DNA of 64,000 bases, taken from Capsulimonadaceae bacterium. Its GTDB lineage: Bacteria; Armatimonadota; Armatimonadia; Armatimonadales; Capsulimonadaceae. The notes beneath the pieces are model-generated. The model made no database searches. It saw nothing but the letters and a program-made list of their open reading frames with translations, and was not told the DNA's origin. The translations under genes and the position numbers were made by a program. The DNA lies in the NCBI GenBank assembly GCA_965215505.1, contig OZ244065.1, forward strand, positions 4,256,001-4,320,000, written 5' to 3'. Shown here piece after piece: positions 1 through 9,729 of this stretch; position 1 is the stretch's first letter, and every line of letters starts with the position of its first letter.

Positions 1-1160
1 ATGCCCTGGGGGTGGCCGCGCTGCTGGACGTACAGGATGTCGCCGTTTTGCAGGTTCAGGTCGACGACGTTGTTCTTGCCTTTCAGCAGGTCGTCCGTGT
101 TGACCACGAGGACTGTCGCCTTGCCGTCGGCCGTGCGGCGGACGATGTCCACGTTCTTCTTGTCACCCTCGGAGGTGACGCCGCCGACCTGAGCCAAGGC
201 GACGGTCAGGGGCAGGGTCGCGCCGTCCGGAATGGGGATGACGCCCTTGGTCCCCACCTCCCCCAGCGCGAGGATGTGGGCTTCGTTGGTGGGGACCAAC
301 AGCACATCGCCGGGCGCGAGCCGGATCTTACCGGCGGGGGCGTTCAGGTCGCTGGTCAGTAGGGGGCGCAGGTTGTAGACCGTCACCGCGCCGCCGTGCT
401 TGAGCTGCACCTGGGTCAAGGCGGCCTTGGGCGTGGGGCCGGCCTGGGTGATGACGGAGAGCAGGGAAGCGCCGTCCGCCTTGACGTCATAGGCACCGGG
501 GTGGGCGACCTCGCCGATCACCTGCACCTGGGCGACGGCGTCGCGCGGGGTGAGGAACAGGATGTCGCCCGGCGCGAGCGGGAGGTTCTGGGATGTGTCC
601 GCGCCCGAGAGCAGGCGGGGCAGGTTGATGGGGACGCTGTCTTTGCCGCCGCCGGTGACAAGCATCGCCTGGGTCATGTCGGGGGCTGCCAGCGGGCCGC
701 CGCTCTGGGCCAGCAGATCCAGCAGGTGCATGCCCTGGCGGTACTCGTACTGCCCCGCCGCCTTCGCGCCCGCGCCGAGGATGCTGACCTTGCGCGCCTG
801 GCCCTGGCGCAGCGTGACGGTGACCTCGGGCTGGTTGAGCTGGTCGGACAGGCCGCGCGTCAGGGCGCGGCTGAGGCCGTCCACGGTCAGGCCCGCCGCG
901 TGGACCTTGCCGACGACCGGGTAGTTGAAGGTGCCGTCGGGCAGGACGGTGACGCTGGCCTTGAAGTCGTCGTGGCCGCGCACGGAGATGTCGAGCTGGT
1001 CGTCGGGCGACAGGACGTAGGCCAGCGGGGTGGCGTTCGTCGTCGCGGCGTTCGCCGGCGCGGTCATCATTGGGGAGGCAGGTGCGGGCGTTTGTGCCCG
1101 GCCCGGCAGGGCGGAGAGGAGCAGCAGGGCCGCAACGGAGCTACTAAGGTGGCGTGTCAC
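1..1160 (-). CDS. Polysaccharide export protein (Wza-like Poly_export + SLBB repeats), truncated by window start
   Basis: Read manually on the minus strand: GTG at 1160 overlaps the Wzc TGA (GTGA). Signal peptide MTRHLSSSVAALLLL is followed by YVLSPDDQLDISVRGHDDFKASVTVLPDGTFNYPVVGKVHAAGLT and repeated VxGxVxxPG SLBB-like units. Confidence 0.85.
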   Translation of the reverse strand, partial: MTRHLSSSVAALLLLSALPGRAQTPAPASPMMTAPANAATTNATPLAYVLSPDDQLDISVRGHDDFKASVTVLPDGTFNYPVVGKVHAAGLTVDGLSRALTRGLSDQLNQPEVTVTLRQGQARKVSILGAGAKAAGQYEYRQGMHLLDLLAQSGGPLAAPDMTQAMLVTGGGKDSVPINLPRLLSGADTSQNLPLAPGDILFLTPRDAVAQVQVIGEVAHPGAYDVKADGASLLSVITQAGPTPKAALTQVQLKHGGAVTVYNLRPLLTSDLNAPAGKIRLAPGDVLLVPTNEAHILALGEVGTKGVIPIPDGATLPLTVALAQVGGVTSEGDKKNVDIVRRTADGKATVLVVNTDDLLKGKNNVVDLNLQNGDILYVQQRGHPQG

Positions 1161-3292
1161 TTGTCGTCCTCCTCGCCGTCGGGGCCCGAGGGCAGCAGGG
1201 CGCGGCCCTTGCCGCGCTCGCCGTCGCTCTTGCCCTCAAGGGCGGGGCTGGTGTACTGGTAGTTGTAGTAGTAGTAGCCCTCGCCGTCGTGGGCGCGCAT
1301 CTTGTTGTAGGCGACGCCGAGCATGGTGGCGCGGGCCTGCTTCAAGAGCTGCATGGTGCGCCGGGCCGCGCCCTTCTTGGTCGCGCCGGTCTCGACCACC
1401 ATGATCGTCCCGTCCATCTGGGAGGCCAGGATGACGGCGTCGGCGGCGGCCAGGACGGGCGGGCTGTCGAAGATGACGATGTCGGCGAGCGCCATCAGGT
1501 CGTCCACGAGGTTTCGGAACTTGCGCGAGTTCAGCAGCTCGCCGGGGTTCGGCGGCGTGGAGCCTGCGGTCAGGACGGACAGGCCGGGCATGATCTCGTG
1601 CGGGGCCAGCGGGGTGTGCCCGAGCAGGACGTCGGTGAGGCCCGGCACGGGGGGCAGGTCGAGCAGCTTGTGCTGGGAGGGGCGGCGCAGGTCGGTGTCC
1701 ACGAGGAGGACCTTCTTGCCGTCCATCGCCATGGCGAAGGCGAGGTTGGCGGCGGTCGTACTCTTGCCCTCGCCGGGGCTGGCCGAGGTGACCATCAGGG
1801 TGCGGGCCGGCGCGTCCACGGTGGCGAAGTGGATGTTGGTCCGCAGGACGCGGTAGCTCTCCGAGGCGGGGTCGAGGCCCTGCATCTGCGGCAGCAGGTG
1901 GGCGTCGGCGGCGGTGAGGGCGGGGACGGAGCCGAGGGCGGGCAGGCCCAGCACGCGGGTGGCCTCGTCCACCGAGTTCAGGCGGTCGTCTAAGAACTCC
2001 TGCATCAAGGCGAGGCAGACGCCGACGAACAGGCCGATCAAGCAGGCGAAGAGGATGCTCTGCATCCGGTGGGGCCGGACGGGGGAGAGCGGGACGGCGG
2101 CGCTCTCGATGACGCGGGCGGCGGCGTGGTGGGCCTTCTCGCGCAGGTTGAGGTCGCCGAGCTGGTCGGTGAAGTTCTTATCCTGCTGCTGGGCCGAGTC
2201 GTGTTCGCGGGTCAGGCGGTCCAGGGTCAGCTCCAGGCCGGCGTACTGGCCGATGTTCCTCTTGGCCTCGGCGAGCCGCCGTGCTGTGAGCGCGCTCTGC
2301 GTTTGGAGCGGCGCGACTTGGGCGGTGAGGTCCACGATCTTGGCGCGCAGGGTCTCGCGCAGGGCGTCCGGGCCGGTGGTCTGGCTGGCCGCGAGTGTCG
2401 GCTGCTCGGCGAGGCGCTGCTTGAGGTCGGCGATCTGGGCGTCTATCGCCTTCACCTGTGGGGCGTTCGGGGTCAGGCCTCCCGGCTGGATCAGGCCGAC
2501 GCGGACGTTCTCGAGCTTGCGGACGTCGTCCTGGAGGCTGGCGATGACGCCGTTCGTGGTCTGAGTATGGACGGTGCTGGTGGCCGGCTCGTGGGCCAGC
2601 AAAGACCGGTTTGCCGCGATCTGGGCGCGCAGGGTGGCGAGGGCGGTCTGCTCCGCCTGAGACTCGTTGGTCAGGGCGGTGACGCGGGCGATCTGGTCGT
2701 CGCGGTTGCGGGTCAGTTCGGCCACATGATTCTTCTCTTTGAAGTTCCGCAGGGCCGTCTCGGTCGCCGTCAGCCGGTCGTGGGCGGCCTTGCCCTGCTT
2801 GACGACGAACTGGCGGGCGTTCTCCATCTCGCCGAGGCTCTGGTTGAGGTCCTGGTCGATGTAGAGCTTCAGCAAGGCGTTCGGGGCCGCCGCCGCCATC
2901 TTCGGGTCGTTCGACTCGCCCGTCACCTCGATGACGTTGGTGTCCTTGACGTTGGCGACGGAAAGCGAGGCCGGGCCGACCTGCTTCTCGACCTGGTCCA
3001 GCAGGGGGGCGGCTTGCAGCACCTCCACCTGGGTATCGACGGTCTGCTGCTGACTGAGCTGGAACAGCGACGACAGCGGGTTGCTGGAGTCCACCGTGTT
3101 CAGGTTGTAGGACGGCCCCTCGACGAGCATCTTGGCGCTCGACTGGTAGACGTTCTTCGCCATCAAGGCCTGGGCGACGCCGATCACGGCGATCAGCACG
3201 AAGGCTTGCAGGATGATCCAGCGCCTCCGCCGGAGGATCGCCAGATACTCCTGCAACGAGAAGCCCGCAGAAATATTTTCTTCCGGTTCCAT
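1157..3292 (-). CDS. wzc: Polysaccharide co-polymerase / BY-kinase (Wzc/GumC family)
   Basis: N-terminal TM, coiled-coil periplasmic region, second TM, Walker A SASPGEGKST, DTDLRRP, FDSPP, Tyr-rich tail GYYYYNYQY. Confidence 0.92.
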   Translation of the reverse strand: MEPEENISAGFSLQEYLAILRRRRWIILQAFVLIAVIGVAQALMAKNVYQSSAKMLVEGPSYNLNTVDSSNPLSSLFQLSQQQTVDTQVEVLQAAPLLDQVEKQVGPASLSVANVKDTNVIEVTGESNDPKMAAAAPNALLKLYIDQDLNQSLGEMENARQFVVKQGKAAHDRLTATETALRNFKEKNHVAELTRNRDDQIARVTALTNESQAEQTALATLRAQIAANRSLLAHEPATSTVHTQTTNGVIASLQDDVRKLENVRVGLIQPGGLTPNAPQVKAIDAQIADLKQRLAEQPTLAASQTTGPDALRETLRAKIVDLTAQVAPLQTQSALTARRLAEAKRNIGQYAGLELTLDRLTREHDSAQQQDKNFTDQLGDLNLREKAHHAAARVIESAAVPLSPVRPHRMQSILFACLIGLFVGVCLALMQEFLDDRLNSVDEATRVLGLPALGSVPALTAADAHLLPQMQGLDPASESYRVLRTNIHFATVDAPARTLMVTSASPGEGKSTTAANLAFAMAMDGKKVLLVDTDLRRPSQHKLLDLPPVPGLTDVLLGHTPLAPHEIMPGLSVLTAGSTPPNPGELLNSRKFRNLVDDLMALADIVIFDSPPVLAAADAVILASQMDGTIMVVETGATKKGAARRTMQLLKQARATMLGVAYNKMRAHDGEGYYYYNYQYTSPALEGKSDGERGKGRALLPSGPDGEEDDK

Positions 3293-3315
3293 CGCTCGTC
3301 AACTTCCCCTTACTG

Positions 3316-4728
3316 CTAATCCTCTAATGCAGGAACCGTGCCAAACCCCGCCTCGCCCGTCTGCCTCTGGTAGATCGCCCGGTGCGTTTCCAGGGCCTGA
3401 CTGACGAAGGCGCTCATCCGCTCGGCGAAGACGGCGCTGTCGAAGCGGGAGGCCTCGGCTTGAAGCTCCTCCGGGGCCACCCGCAGGGCCGCGACCGCCT
3501 GGAGCGCCTCGATCAATGCTTCGGGCGTCTGCTCGTCGAAAAATACCCCGGTCTTGCCCGCCGTCACCGTCTCCAGCGCCCCGCCGCGCCCGAAGGCGAC
3601 GACGGGCCGGCCGCTCGCCATGCACTCCACGGGCGTCAGGCCGAAGTCCTCCTCGCCGGGGAAGATCAGGGCGCGGCACCGGGCGTACTCGTGGGCCACC
3701 TGGGCGTCCGTCAGCCCGCCGAGGAACGTGATGGTGGGGCCGGCCATTCGGCGCAGCGCGCGGCACTCCGGCCCCGTCCCGATAATCCGCAGGGGGGCCT
3801 GGAGCCGGTTGCAGGCCTCGACCGCCAGGTCAATGCGCTTGTACCCGACGAGCCGCGAGACGACCAGGAAGTGGCCCCCGATCTCGCCGGCGGGGGCGGG
3901 CGTGAAGCGCGCGGTCTCGACCGGCGGGTAGATGACGGCGTCCACCTCCCGGCGGTAGTACTTGCGGATGCGCCCGGCGATGTTGTGGGAGTTTGCGACG
4001 AAGAAGTCCACGCGCTGGGCACTGTCAAAGTCGCGCCGGCGCAGGCCGCTGATCATCCCGCGCATCCACGGCTCCAGAAGCCGCGTCAGCCGGCTCTGCA
4101 TCAGATAGTCGTGCTGCCGCCAGGCGAACCGGGCGGGCGTGTGGCAGTAGCAGATGTGGCACGTCTCGGGGCTTGTGATCACGCCCTTGGCGAACGAGCT
4201 GGAGCTGCTGATGACCAGGCCGTAGGCGTTGAGGTCGAACTGCTCGAAGGCCAGCGCGTACAGCCCCAGGGCCAGTTTGTGGAATCTTCGCGAGGACAGG
4301 ACCGAGCGCTGCAAGAAGGAGGTCCGCACGTCCATCGCGGAGAAGCAGGGCAGCGTCGCCTTCGGGTCGTAGACCGAGGTGTAGACCGGCGCGGACGGGA
4401 ACAGGGCGTGCAGGGCGGCGACCACGCGCTCCGCGCCGCCCGACTGCGCCAGATAGTCGTGGACGAGGGCGGTCGCCTGCGCCGGTCCGGGCCAGGCGTG
4501 CGCCGCCGTCAGCGGGGACGACGGCGCGGCGGGGAAGACCGGCACGGCGGGCGACTGCTGGTAGCGGAAGTTGCCCGCGACGCTCCCCGGAAAGGCAGCC
4601 CGCTCGGCGACCTCGCAGGAGGCCGCCACGGACGGGCGCGGAAAACCTCCGTCATGCCCGGCGGCGCTGAGGCGACCTGACGCGGCGGGCGCTCGCTTAT
4701 TCCTGAATAGGTTAGTTCTGATTTTCAA
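3316..4728 (-). CDS. Glycosyltransferase family 4 (GT-B); true start uncertain, may be downstream
   Basis: HDYLAQSGGAERV, SRLVGYKRID, EEDFGLTPVECMASGRPVVA motifs; upstream of wzc/wza. Confidence 0.88.
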   Translation of the reverse strand: MKIRTNLFRNKRAPAASGRLSAAGHDGGFPRPSVAASCEVAERAAFPGSVAGNFRYQQSPAVPVFPAAPSSPLTAAHAWPGPAQATALVHDYLAQSGGAERVVAALHALFPSAPVYTSVYDPKATLPCFSAMDVRTSFLQRSVLSSRRFHKLALGLYALAFEQFDLNAYGLVISSSSSFAKGVITSPETCHICYCHTPARFAWRQHDYLMQSRLTRLLEPWMRGMISGLRRRDFDSAQRVDFFVANSHNIAGRIRKYYRREVDAVIYPPVETARFTPAPAGEIGGHFLVVSRLVGYKRIDLAVEACNRLQAPLRIIGTGPECRALRRMAGPTITFLGGLTDAQVAHEYARCRALIFPGEEDFGLTPVECMASGRPVVAFGRGGALETVTAGKTGVFFDEQTPEALIEALQAVAALRVAPEELQAEASRFDSAVFAERMSAFVSQALETHRAIYQRQTGEAGFGTVPALED

Positions 4729-4931
4729 GTGACCACATGGACTGGCGAAGGGTGTACGGCAGGACGGTTATCCCTGCAAGCGGCGGTCACGGAAAATGCC
4801 ATCCGTCGGCCCGAAGGCGGCTTTCGAGGGGCGGGTGAAAGGGATCGGGCAAGACGAAGGAAAGTCCGGAACACAGCCTGGTACGGGGGTGTTCACATCC
4901 GCTGTGTCCTGCTGGGCCTTGTACCACACTC

Positions 4932-4940
4932 ATTATAACA
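4932..4940 (-). promoter_or_regulatory. Extended -10 promoter (TGnTATAAT) for the EPS operon
   Basis: Minus strand reads TGTTATAAT in an AT-rich intergenic region about 200 nt upstream of the GT4 gene. Confidence 0.5.
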
Positions 4941-5155
4941 CCAGAATCTCAAAAATCCTGAAAAGATTCGCGATTTTCTGCGGTATTCATATGCAATACT
5001 ACCAATGCAATTGTCATGCCAACAATGCGGATTCGTGCCCCTCCGACGAAAATAGCGGGAAAATGTTAAGGCCGTGTTAAGACGGGCTGGAACTCCGGCG
5101 GGTCTTCCGCGCCCTGCCCTTCCCTTCGCCGCCGCGTTTCAGGTACAATCCCCCC

Positions 5156-5653
5156 ATGAACGCGCTGATCCTGTTTTCCCACGGCTCCCTCCTCTGCGGC
5201 GCGGGCGAGGCGCTGGACGCCCACGCGGGCCGCCTGCGCCGGACGGGCGAATGGGACCGGGTCGCGGTCGGGTACATGAACTACTCGGAGCCGACCTTCG
5301 CCCAGTCCGTGGCCGAGTGCGCGGAGGCGGGGGCGACGCGCATCCTCGTCCTGCCCTTCTTCCTCGTTTCGGGCTATTTCGTCACAAAATCTTTGCCGGA
5401 ACAGGTGGAGGCGGCGCAGGCCGCCCATCCGGCCTTGGAGTTCACCGTCGCCGACGCCATCGGCTTCGACGCCGGGCTTGCCGACGCGCTCATCGCCAGC
5501 GCCCAGGACCCGCTCGGGCCGGACGAGTGGCGTGACGACCTCGCCGCCGCCGCGCGCGGCTGCCGCGCCCTCCCGGACTGCCCGCTGTATGCGACGCCGA
5601 ACTGCCCGCGCGTCCCCGCCCCGGACACGCCCGCGCGGCCGTTCGTGGAGTAG
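5156..5653 (+). CDS. CbiX/SirB-family chelatase-like protein with Cys-rich C-terminus
   Basis: LILFSHGS, VGYMNYSEP, LPFFLVSG; tail GCRALPDCPLYATPNCP. Confidence 0.8.
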   Translation: MNALILFSHGSLLCGAGEALDAHAGRLRRTGEWDRVAVGYMNYSEPTFAQSVAECAEAGATRILVLPFFLVSGYFVTKSLPEQVEAAQAAHPALEFTVADAIGFDAGLADALIASAQDPLGPDEWRDDLAAAARGCRALPDCPLYATPNCPRVPAPDTPARPFVE

Positions 5654-5673
5654 ACTTAGGAAGCAACCCTTCG

Positions 5674-6045
5674 ATGAAAACCGCCCTGCTCGTCATGGTC
5701 CACGGCTCGCCCCGGCCCGTCGCAAACGGCGACATGTTCCGCGTCGTGGAGGAAGTCAAGGCCCGCGCCGTCTTCGACCACGTCGCCGTCGGCTTCATGG
5801 AGTGCAACGAGCCGACCATCCCCGACGCCGTGGACGCCTGCGCCGCGTCCGGCGCGGAGCGCGTCGTCGCCGTCCCGTATTTCCTGCACACCGGGACCCA
5901 CGTCGCCGACGACCTGCCGACGCTGCTGGAAGAAGCGCGGGAGCGCCACCCGCACGTCCAGTTCCAGATGGGACGCTACATCGGCACCTCGCCGCTCCTT
6001 ACGGACATCCTCAGCGCCCGCGCCCATGCGGCGGTCGGCGGCTGA
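5674..6045 (+). CDS. Short CbiX/SirB-family sirohydrochlorin chelatase
   Basis: MVHGS, GFMECNEP, VPYFLHTGTHVADDLP with both catalytic His residues. Confidence 0.85.
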   Translation: MKTALLVMVHGSPRPVANGDMFRVVEEVKARAVFDHVAVGFMECNEPTIPDAVDACAASGAERVVAVPYFLHTGTHVADDLPTLLEEARERHPHVQFQMGRYIGTSPLLTDILSARAHAAVGG

Positions 6046-6139
6046 AACAGACACACGGCAGCGCTGCCGCACGGCCCATGGGCCGTCTCCTGCAACAGAA
6101 CATCCCGCGAAACACGCAAGAAAGAAGCAAGACTCGCCC

Positions 6140-8218
6140 ATGCCTACGCACGCCCCCCGCCGCCTCCGGCCCGCCCGGCTCCTGCCGCTCCTGGTCGGCC
6201 TCGGCCTCTCCGCCGCTCGACTCCCGGCCCAGACGCCGCCCGCGCCCATGAACACCGCGCCCGCCCTGCACGGCGTGGATCTCAGCACCATTGATACGTC
6301 CGTCCTGCCCTGCCGCGACTTCTACCAGTACGCGAACGGCAAATGGCTGGCCGCGAACCCCGTCCCCGCCGACCGCTCCACCTGGGGCGAGATGAGCGAG
6401 ATGGGGGAGCGCAACAGCGCCGTCCTGCACTCCATCCTGGACCGGGCGGTCACCGGCCCGCCCGCCCCGGCGGGCAGCGTCGAGCGCAAGGTCGCCGACT
6501 TCTACCGCAGCGGCATGGACACCGCCCGCATCGAGCGCGAAGGCGTCCAGCCGCTGGCCCCCGAGTTCGCCCGCATTGATCAGGTCAGCGACACGCCCGG
6601 CCTGCTGGCCGAGATCGCCCACCTGCACCAGTACGGCATCCGCGCCGCCTGGGGCTTCGGCGTCAGCGCGGACACCAAGGACAGCATCCACACCATCGGG
6701 CAGCTCAGACAGGGCGGGCTGGGCCTGCCCGACCGGGACTACTACACCAAGACCGACCCCAAATCCGTCGCCCTGCGCGCCGCCTACGTCGCCCACGTCG
6801 CCCGGATGTTCGTCCTGCTCGGCGACGCCCCGGACCGCGCCGATGCCGAGTCGCAGACGGTCATGGGCATCGAAACTCGGCTGGCCTCCGCCTCCATGAC
6901 CCGCCTGGAGCAGCGCGACCCGAACGCCACCTACCACAAGCTGACATTGGCCCAGCTCGACGCCCTCTCCCCCGGCCTGTCCTGGCAGCCCTACCTCGCC
7001 GCCGTCGGCGACACCGACCCCGGCCCGCTGCTCGTCGGCCAGCCGCAGTTCTTCACGGTCGTGGGCGGCATGCTGAACTCGGTCCCGATCGCCGACTGGA
7101 AGACCTACCTGCGCTGGCACCTCATCAACGCCACGGCGGACGACCTGAGCGACGCCTTTGGCAACGAGCAGTTCGCCTTCACCGGTAAAACGCTCAACGG
7201 CTCCCCGGCCCAGCTCCCCCGATGGAAGCGCGTCCTGGCCCAGACCGACGGCTCGCTCGGCGAGGGGCTGGGCAGCCTGTATGTCGCCCGCTCCTTCTCG
7301 CCCGAGGCCAAGAAGCGCGCCCTGACCCTGGTCCTGAACCTGAAGTCCGCCCTGCACGACCGGCTCCAGTCGCTGGACTGGATCGGCGACGACACGCGCA
7401 AGCAGGCCCTGCACAAGCTCGACAAGATGATCATCAAGATCGGCTACCCGGACCACCCGCGCGACTACACCGCCCTCGCCATCGACAGCCCGGACTTCGT
7501 CACGAACGCCCTGGCCGCGCGCCGGTTTGAGGTGGCCCGCAACCTGAAGAAGCTCGGCCACCCCGTGGACCGGACCGAGTGGGGCATGTCCGCCCCGACC
7601 GTCAACGCCTACTACAACCCCTCCGTGAACGAGATCGTCTTCCCCGCCGGCATCCTCCAGCCGCCCTTCTTCGACGCCCAGGCCGACGACGCCTCCAACT
7701 ACGGCTCCATCGGCGCGGTCATCGGGCACGAGATGACGCACGGCTTCGACGACCAGGGGCGGCAGTTCGACGCCGACGGCAACCTGAAGGACTGGTGGAC
7801 GGCCGCCGACAAGAAAAACTTCCAGTCGCGCGCCGACCTCGTCGCCCACCAGTTCGACGACTTCGTGGCCGTGGACGACCTGCACGTCAACGGGCACCTC
7901 ACTCTGGGCGAGGACATCGCGGACCTCGGCGGCCTGAAGATCGCCTACCTCGCCTTCGAGAAGGCGCAGGCCGGCAAGCCGCGCGTCCGCATCGGCGGCT
8001 TCACCCCCGAGCAGCGCTTCTTCCTGGCCTTCGCCCAGGTGTGGCGCACCAACACGCGCCCCGAAGCCGCCCGCCTGCGCGTCGCGACCGATCCGCACGC
8101 GCCCGCCCGGTTCCGCGTCCTCGGCCCACTCGCCAACCTGCCTGAGTTCGCCCAGGCCTTTCCCTGCCCCGCCGGGGAGGCGAAGGTGGCCTCCGCGCAG
8201 ACGGTGAACATCTGGTAG
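6140..8218 (+). CDS. Secreted M13 (neprilysin/PepO-like) metalloendopeptidase
   Basis: Signal peptide; DFYQYANGKW, VNAYY, HEMTH zinc motif, GEDIAD, DPHAP. Confidence 0.93.
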   Translation: MPTHAPRRLRPARLLPLLVGLGLSAARLPAQTPPAPMNTAPALHGVDLSTIDTSVLPCRDFYQYANGKWLAANPVPADRSTWGEMSEMGERNSAVLHSILDRAVTGPPAPAGSVERKVADFYRSGMDTARIEREGVQPLAPEFARIDQVSDTPGLLAEIAHLHQYGIRAAWGFGVSADTKDSIHTIGQLRQGGLGLPDRDYYTKTDPKSVALRAAYVAHVARMFVLLGDAPDRADAESQTVMGIETRLASASMTRLEQRDPNATYHKLTLAQLDALSPGLSWQPYLAAVGDTDPGPLLVGQPQFFTVVGGMLNSVPIADWKTYLRWHLINATADDLSDAFGNEQFAFTGKTLNGSPAQLPRWKRVLAQTDGSLGEGLGSLYVARSFSPEAKKRALTLVLNLKSALHDRLQSLDWIGDDTRKQALHKLDKMIIKIGYPDHPRDYTALAIDSPDFVTNALAARRFEVARNLKKLGHPVDRTEWGMSAPTVNAYYNPSVNEIVFPAGILQPPFFDAQADDASNYGSIGAVIGHEMTHGFDDQGRQFDADGNLKDWWTAADKKNFQSRADLVAHQFDDFVAVDDLHVNGHLTLGEDIADLGGLKIAYLAFEKAQAGKPRVRIGGFTPEQRFFLAFAQVWRTNTRPEAARLRVATDPHAPARFRVLGPLANLPEFAQAFPCPAGEAKVASAQTVNIW

Positions 8219-8262
8219 CGCGCCAGCAGTAAGACACGACAAGAGAGGGGCGCGGGTGATAA

Positions 8263-8907
8263 TCACCCGCGCCCCTCTTGTCCTGTGTGCCGTTCTACTG
8301 CCCGCCCCTTGCCTTCGCCGATGCCGAACTGTCCGGCCTCGTGGGCATAGGCGCCGAAGGTCCAGGCGCCGAAGGTCCAGCCGTCGAAGGGGTGGAGCAG
8401 TTGGTCGTAGGTGTTGAGGGCGTCTTCCCGGCTCCGTGCCATGCCCTGGGCGGTGAGGGGGTCGTAGTAGATGGCCCCCGGCCCGGACAGGGCGGTGTAC
8501 AGCCCGGCCACCGCGTGGATCGTCTCGATGTCGGTGTAGCTGCCGGTCTGGCCCTGGAAGCCGACCGCGTCCAGGTTGAGGACGTTGTAGCCGCCGGTGA
8601 GGGTGTCGATGTCGGCGTGGAGCAGGCCCTGGGCGTCGTAGAGGGCGGTGTCCTGGACGAACTCAGCGTGGTCGCTGCTTGTGTCGGGGTCGTTGGAGCG
8701 GACGCGGTGGACGGTGTTGCCGCTGGGGTCGAACAGGTAAGGGGAGTTGATGAAGGTGTGCCGGAACCGCTCCAGCAGTCCGCCCGGCCCGTAGGTGTTG
8801 ACCAGGCCGCCGCTGCTGTCCATCTCGCACAGGACATGGCCGGCGTCGTCGTAAAGGTAGTAGGTGGTTGCGCCGAGTGGGGGCTTCCAGTCAGGTTCCG
8901 GCTGGCC
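8263..8907 (-). pseudogene. Degenerate RHS/YD-repeat core fragment
   Basis: In-frame TTYYLYDDAGHVLCEMD..., YLFDPSGN, YDAQG, GFQGQTGSYTDIET...GLY...YYDPLT resemble the RHS-associated core; no proper start and no toxin tip. Confidence 0.6.
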
Positions 8908-8964
8908 CTATGAAGTTGTCAAGGTGCGAAGTACGAGCCGAAAGGTCAGAGCATCGCGAACGCC

Positions 8965-9465
8965 TTAGTGGACGATCAGTGTGCCTGTAGGCCACTCGCC
9001 GTGTTCCCAGCCGCAAGGCATGTGCCCCGCCTCGTACACCTTGAGTGGTTCCAGGTAAAACGTCGTGGGCAGGTCACAGTCTGCGTAGGCCGCTTCCATG
9101 ATTGCCAGCAATACGTCCCATTCAACATTCGCGATGAAGCGCCGGGCGAGGTCGTGTTGCTGGGCAAAGGCTTCGACGGCAGGATAAAAGATGTCCTTCA
9201 TGTGTTCCTTCGCGGAATCCACCAAGTCGTTCCAGAAGGCGTAATCCTGCGGGTGGTTCATGCTGAGATGGATAGTTACTATATTTTTTGCATCCGCATG
9301 TGTGTCTTCCCATCTTCGTTTGTTCCAATGCACTTCCGCGCGCCGCCAGTTGAGGACGCGGCGCGCGGGGTAAGCAATCTTCATCTCCATCGGCTCCTCA
9401 CATCTTGCGAACCAGTTAATGGCTTGGATGCGCGTCAGTATGGCCGTTGGGACTTTTCTCGTCAT
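8965..9465 (-). CDS. Hypothetical protein, probable polymorphic-toxin immunity protein
   Basis: Lower GC than flanks, adjacent to the RHS remnant, C-terminal YEAGHMPCGW..GEWPxG motif. The immunity role is inferred from context. Confidence 0.6.
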   Translation of the reverse strand: MTRKVPTAILTRIQAINWFARCEEPMEMKIAYPARRVLNWRRAEVHWNKRRWEDTHADAKNIVTIHLSMNHPQDYAFWNDLVDSAKEHMKDIFYPAVEAFAQQHDLARRFIANVEWDVLLAIMEAAYADCDLPTTFYLEPLKVYEAGHMPCGWEHGEWPTGTLIVH

Positions 9466-9697
9466 GTTTTGTAGCCGGACTGTTGTGTTTGCCCTGGGCC
9501 TTCACCAGTGACGAGTAGAGCAGGAAGTGCTTCCATCGTAGCACGCCCCCGCTTGCTTGTCAAGCAGTTCGCCTCAGACACCAGGGCCACCCCCGAGAAG
9601 AGGGGCAACCACAGGGGGCTGCCCCTACCGATGGCGGAGGGGTTCACTTCAGGGCCTGCCCTCCCCTGCTTTCCCCCTAACCCCCCCGCCCCCGCCT

Positions 9698-9706
9698 GCC
9701 GACAAT
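9698..9706 (+). promoter_or_regulatory. GCCGACAAT motif, sigma28-like -10 element
   Basis: Identical 9-mer also at 16802, 26099 and 32109, each shortly upstream of a start codon. Confidence 0.45.
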
Positions 9707-9729
9707 CACCGGAGAGGCTTTACGTTTTC

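Noticed and set aside
4729-5155. JUMPstart/ops element upstream of the EPS operon and short ORFs in this gap
   Set aside because: No GGCGGTAG-type ops match; the ORFs lack coding-like composition.
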